A stretch of DNA of 63,964 nt, counting the filler, from Reticulomyxa filosa (Eukaryota > Protista > Foraminifera): NCBI GenBank assembly GCA_000512085.1. It is 22 parts of 22 records of this genome, joined end to end, with 100 filler letters (N's around TTAATTAATTAA, not from the genome) between each part and the next. Parts side by side here need not be neighbours in the genome. Positions count along the whole stretch, not along the records: positions 60,509 to 62,485 come from ASPP01021371.1; positions 62,586 to 63,964 come from ASPP01024475.1; 20 more parts are not named here. The stretch is one strand, 5' to 3'. How positions within the stretch are numbered: the stretch's first letter is position 1; every line of letters starts with the position of its first letter. Below, in pieces: positions 61,901-63,964 of this stretch. Made by a program: the position numbers and the translations under genes. A model generated the notes under the pieces. It searched no databases. It was not told the DNA's origin and worked only from the letters and a program-made list of their open reading frames with translations.

Positions 61901-61919
61901 TTTTCTTCTCTGTTTGATC

Positions 61920-62330
61920 CACATTTTTTTTCTTTTTTTGCTATATTTTTTCTTTTTTTTTCTCCATTTTTTGCTTTTTTTTTTTCTTTTTTTTCTCCAT
62001 TTTTTTCTATATTTTTCTATCTTTTTTTCTGTTTTTTTTCCTCTATTTTTTTCTATATTTTTCTATCTTTTTTTTTTTTTCCTTCATTTTTTTCTCATTG
62101 TCATTTTTTCTTTTAAATTTTTCAACATTTTTTTCATTTCTTTCTTCATTTTTCTTAATAAAAATTTTCAAAATCATTTTTCCCACTCCATTTTTCCCAT
62201 TTATTCAATTGCTCCCCCCTTTTCCCCCATTTATTTTCTTTCCAATCCCTTTTTTTCAATAAATTTTTCCATCAATTTTTTCTTTTCCCCCAAATGCTCA
62301 ATATCCCTATCCTCTCAAAAAAAATAAATA
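61920..62330. repeat. T-rich low-complexity tract of degenerate (TTTTTC)n-like units
   Basis: Directly visible; it generates the spurious Phe-rich ORFs. Confidence 0.8.
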
Positions 62331-62585
62331 ATAAAAAAAATGCAAACGCTTTTGTTTTTTTTTCAATGCGGAGTTGCTTCAACTCCGAAATTTTTCTTTG
62401 TTTGGAGTGTAGATTGGGGCGTACGTAAATTTTTTTTTTGGCAAGGGTTGCGGCTATTAATGAAAAAACAAACATAAAGTCAGTTNNNNNNNNNNNNNNN
62501 NNNNNNNNNNNNNNNNNNNNNNNNNNNNNTTAATTAATTAANNNNNNNNNNNNNNNNNNNNNNNNNNNNNNNNNNNNNNNNNNNN

Positions 62586-63450
62586 AATGTATTTATAATC
62601 TTTGGAAATATATTCTTTCCAATGAGAAGTATTTTTATACATACATACGGTCTTGTTACTCAATGATTGTAGGAATGTTAATCTATCCAATTTTATTGGT
62701 CCAAAAATTCATTTTTGTATGTTATCTCTTGGTGTTGTTTCTAATCAACAACATTTTGAGATTGTTGTTCTTTTGTTTATTCTTCAGGGCCAATTCCTTT
62801 CACAATCACTTCTTTCGCCTTGAATTCTCCTATCTGACACATGACAAATGATGTATTTGCCTGATACTACTGCATTAATATCATTCACAATGTCTTAAAC
62901 ATTATCCACATTACTATTTCTGTTTAGGCGTAACACTAATTTGTTAGCCTTTGTGATTGTGGACGTATACGTCATTTTCACAATATTTTTTCGAAGATCT
63001 CATGACAATTTAATTGGAGTCTTTGATTTACAACAATGTTCGATGAATCTGCAAATGTGAATATCACTGTTGAAAGCTTTTCTAGTCGCACTTTTTATTT
63101 TACTTGGTTGGTTCGGTTGTCATCTTAAGATATCTTGATCTTGATCTCTCGATATCGAGTTTGATCTTTTTGAGATATGAAGTATCTTGAAGTTTTACAC
63201 CTGTTACAACGAGTTTTTACTTAGAACGTGTCAGATCGTCACGATGATCTGATATATGATTTTTTTTTTTAATGATGTCACTGTTATTGTCTTTGTGAGT
63301 ATTGTTGTTTTCACTCTGGTGCTTTCGACAGACGACTTCATCTTATTTTCAAAAGTATTTTAAAACAGTCACCAGCCAGGGCAAGCCTTGCTAAACGCTT
63401 TCTTGTTTGCATTCGCTATATAAAAGACTCTTTCTCTTAAAAGTGTTTGC
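62586..63450 (-). mobile_element. Probable decayed non-LTR retrotransposon ORF1 relic
   Basis: KEVIVKGIGPEE and FGPIKLDR fragments resemble the RRM/pre-knuckle part of LINE ORF1; RSRSR-like stretch; many stops. Confidence 0.35.
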
Positions 63451-63527
63451 CTGAACCAACGGCGAAAGACACTTTGTTTCCAAAACTTTATAGATATTGA
63501 CTTATCTTGACGATTTCGACCAAATCT

Positions 63528-63657
63528 TTCAAAATACAACTTTTTTCAAAAGTTAATCCAGATGATGAAGGTTGCAATATTATTTTTTTTAAAAAAAATT
63601 AATTTAAACATCTTTCATCATCGATATAAAATTTTGAAAAAAAAGTTGTATTTTGAA
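63528..63657. repeat. 130-bp imperfect palindrome
   Basis: TTCAAAATACAACT6CAAAA pairs with TTTTGA8GTTGTATTTTGAA; inner GATGATGAA pairs with TTCATCATC; central T8A8. Confidence 0.85.
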
Positions 63658-63964
63658 GGAAGACAACTAGATACTGCAACATCTAGCAGTATCTGAAAGA
63701 AGTTCGAACTTAATCTTAGATTATTAATAATGATTTTCGTCGTCAACAAGACTGTGGTGGAAACATAAACAAAGAAAATATTTTCAAAATACTAAAAAAG
63801 AAATTTTTTTTACTAGTAAAATTTTTTTTTATCGTGATACAAAATCTTTTTTACTGTTGAAAACTTTCAGATATTGAGATTTTGCGCGAGATCAGATATA
63901 TACAAGATAACAAACGAAAAACTCAAAATGAACAGTCAAAACAAAATAAAAATAAAAAAAAAAA

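Noticed and set aside
61751-62327. Phe-rich ORFs that look like membrane proteins
   Set aside because: They are translations of a T-rich low-complexity tract.
5062-62585. Regularly recurring TTAATTAATTAA flanked by Ns as a biological repeat or CRISPR-like array
   Set aside because: It is an artificial six-frame-stop linker. Gene neighbourhoods across linkers are meaningless, so no cross-contig operon or system was inferred.

Overview
AT-rich, intron-containing eukaryotic DNA. It is not one locus: 22 short contigs are joined by 21 artificial 100-nt linkers (N44-TTAATTAATTAA-N44). The divergent alpha-tubulin and the expanded WD40, TPR, Kelch and TRAF families suggest a foraminiferan, most likely Reticulomyxa filosa (inference). 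Apparently intact or contig-truncated genes include a SNF1/AMPK-related kinase with UBA, a transmembrane RING-H2 E3 ligase, a membrane-anchored aldo-keto reductase, a MIEAP/SPATA18-like protein, a TPR protein, a Kelch-like protein, V-ATPase subunit a, an HMG-box/histone-fold fusion, a GDA1/CD39 NTPDase, an ankyrin-like protein, a multi-TM receptor-like protein, TRAF-WD40 and box-WD40 genes, PTH2 and a RecQ-like helicase. Many decayed pseudogenes are present (alpha-tubulin, GrpE, TLDc, WD40, TPR, TRAF). There is also a degenerate Tc1/mariner element whose long TIRs recur in other contigs, and probable non-LTR retrotransposon relics. The most notable observations are frame-verified introns with poly-A 3' ends and GTT donors, a modular WD40 repertoire that may serve as ubiquitin-ligase receptors, the MIEAP-like gene and the HMG/histone-fold fusion. 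No rRNA, tRNA or CRISPR array was seen. All domain calls are by eye, without database searches.
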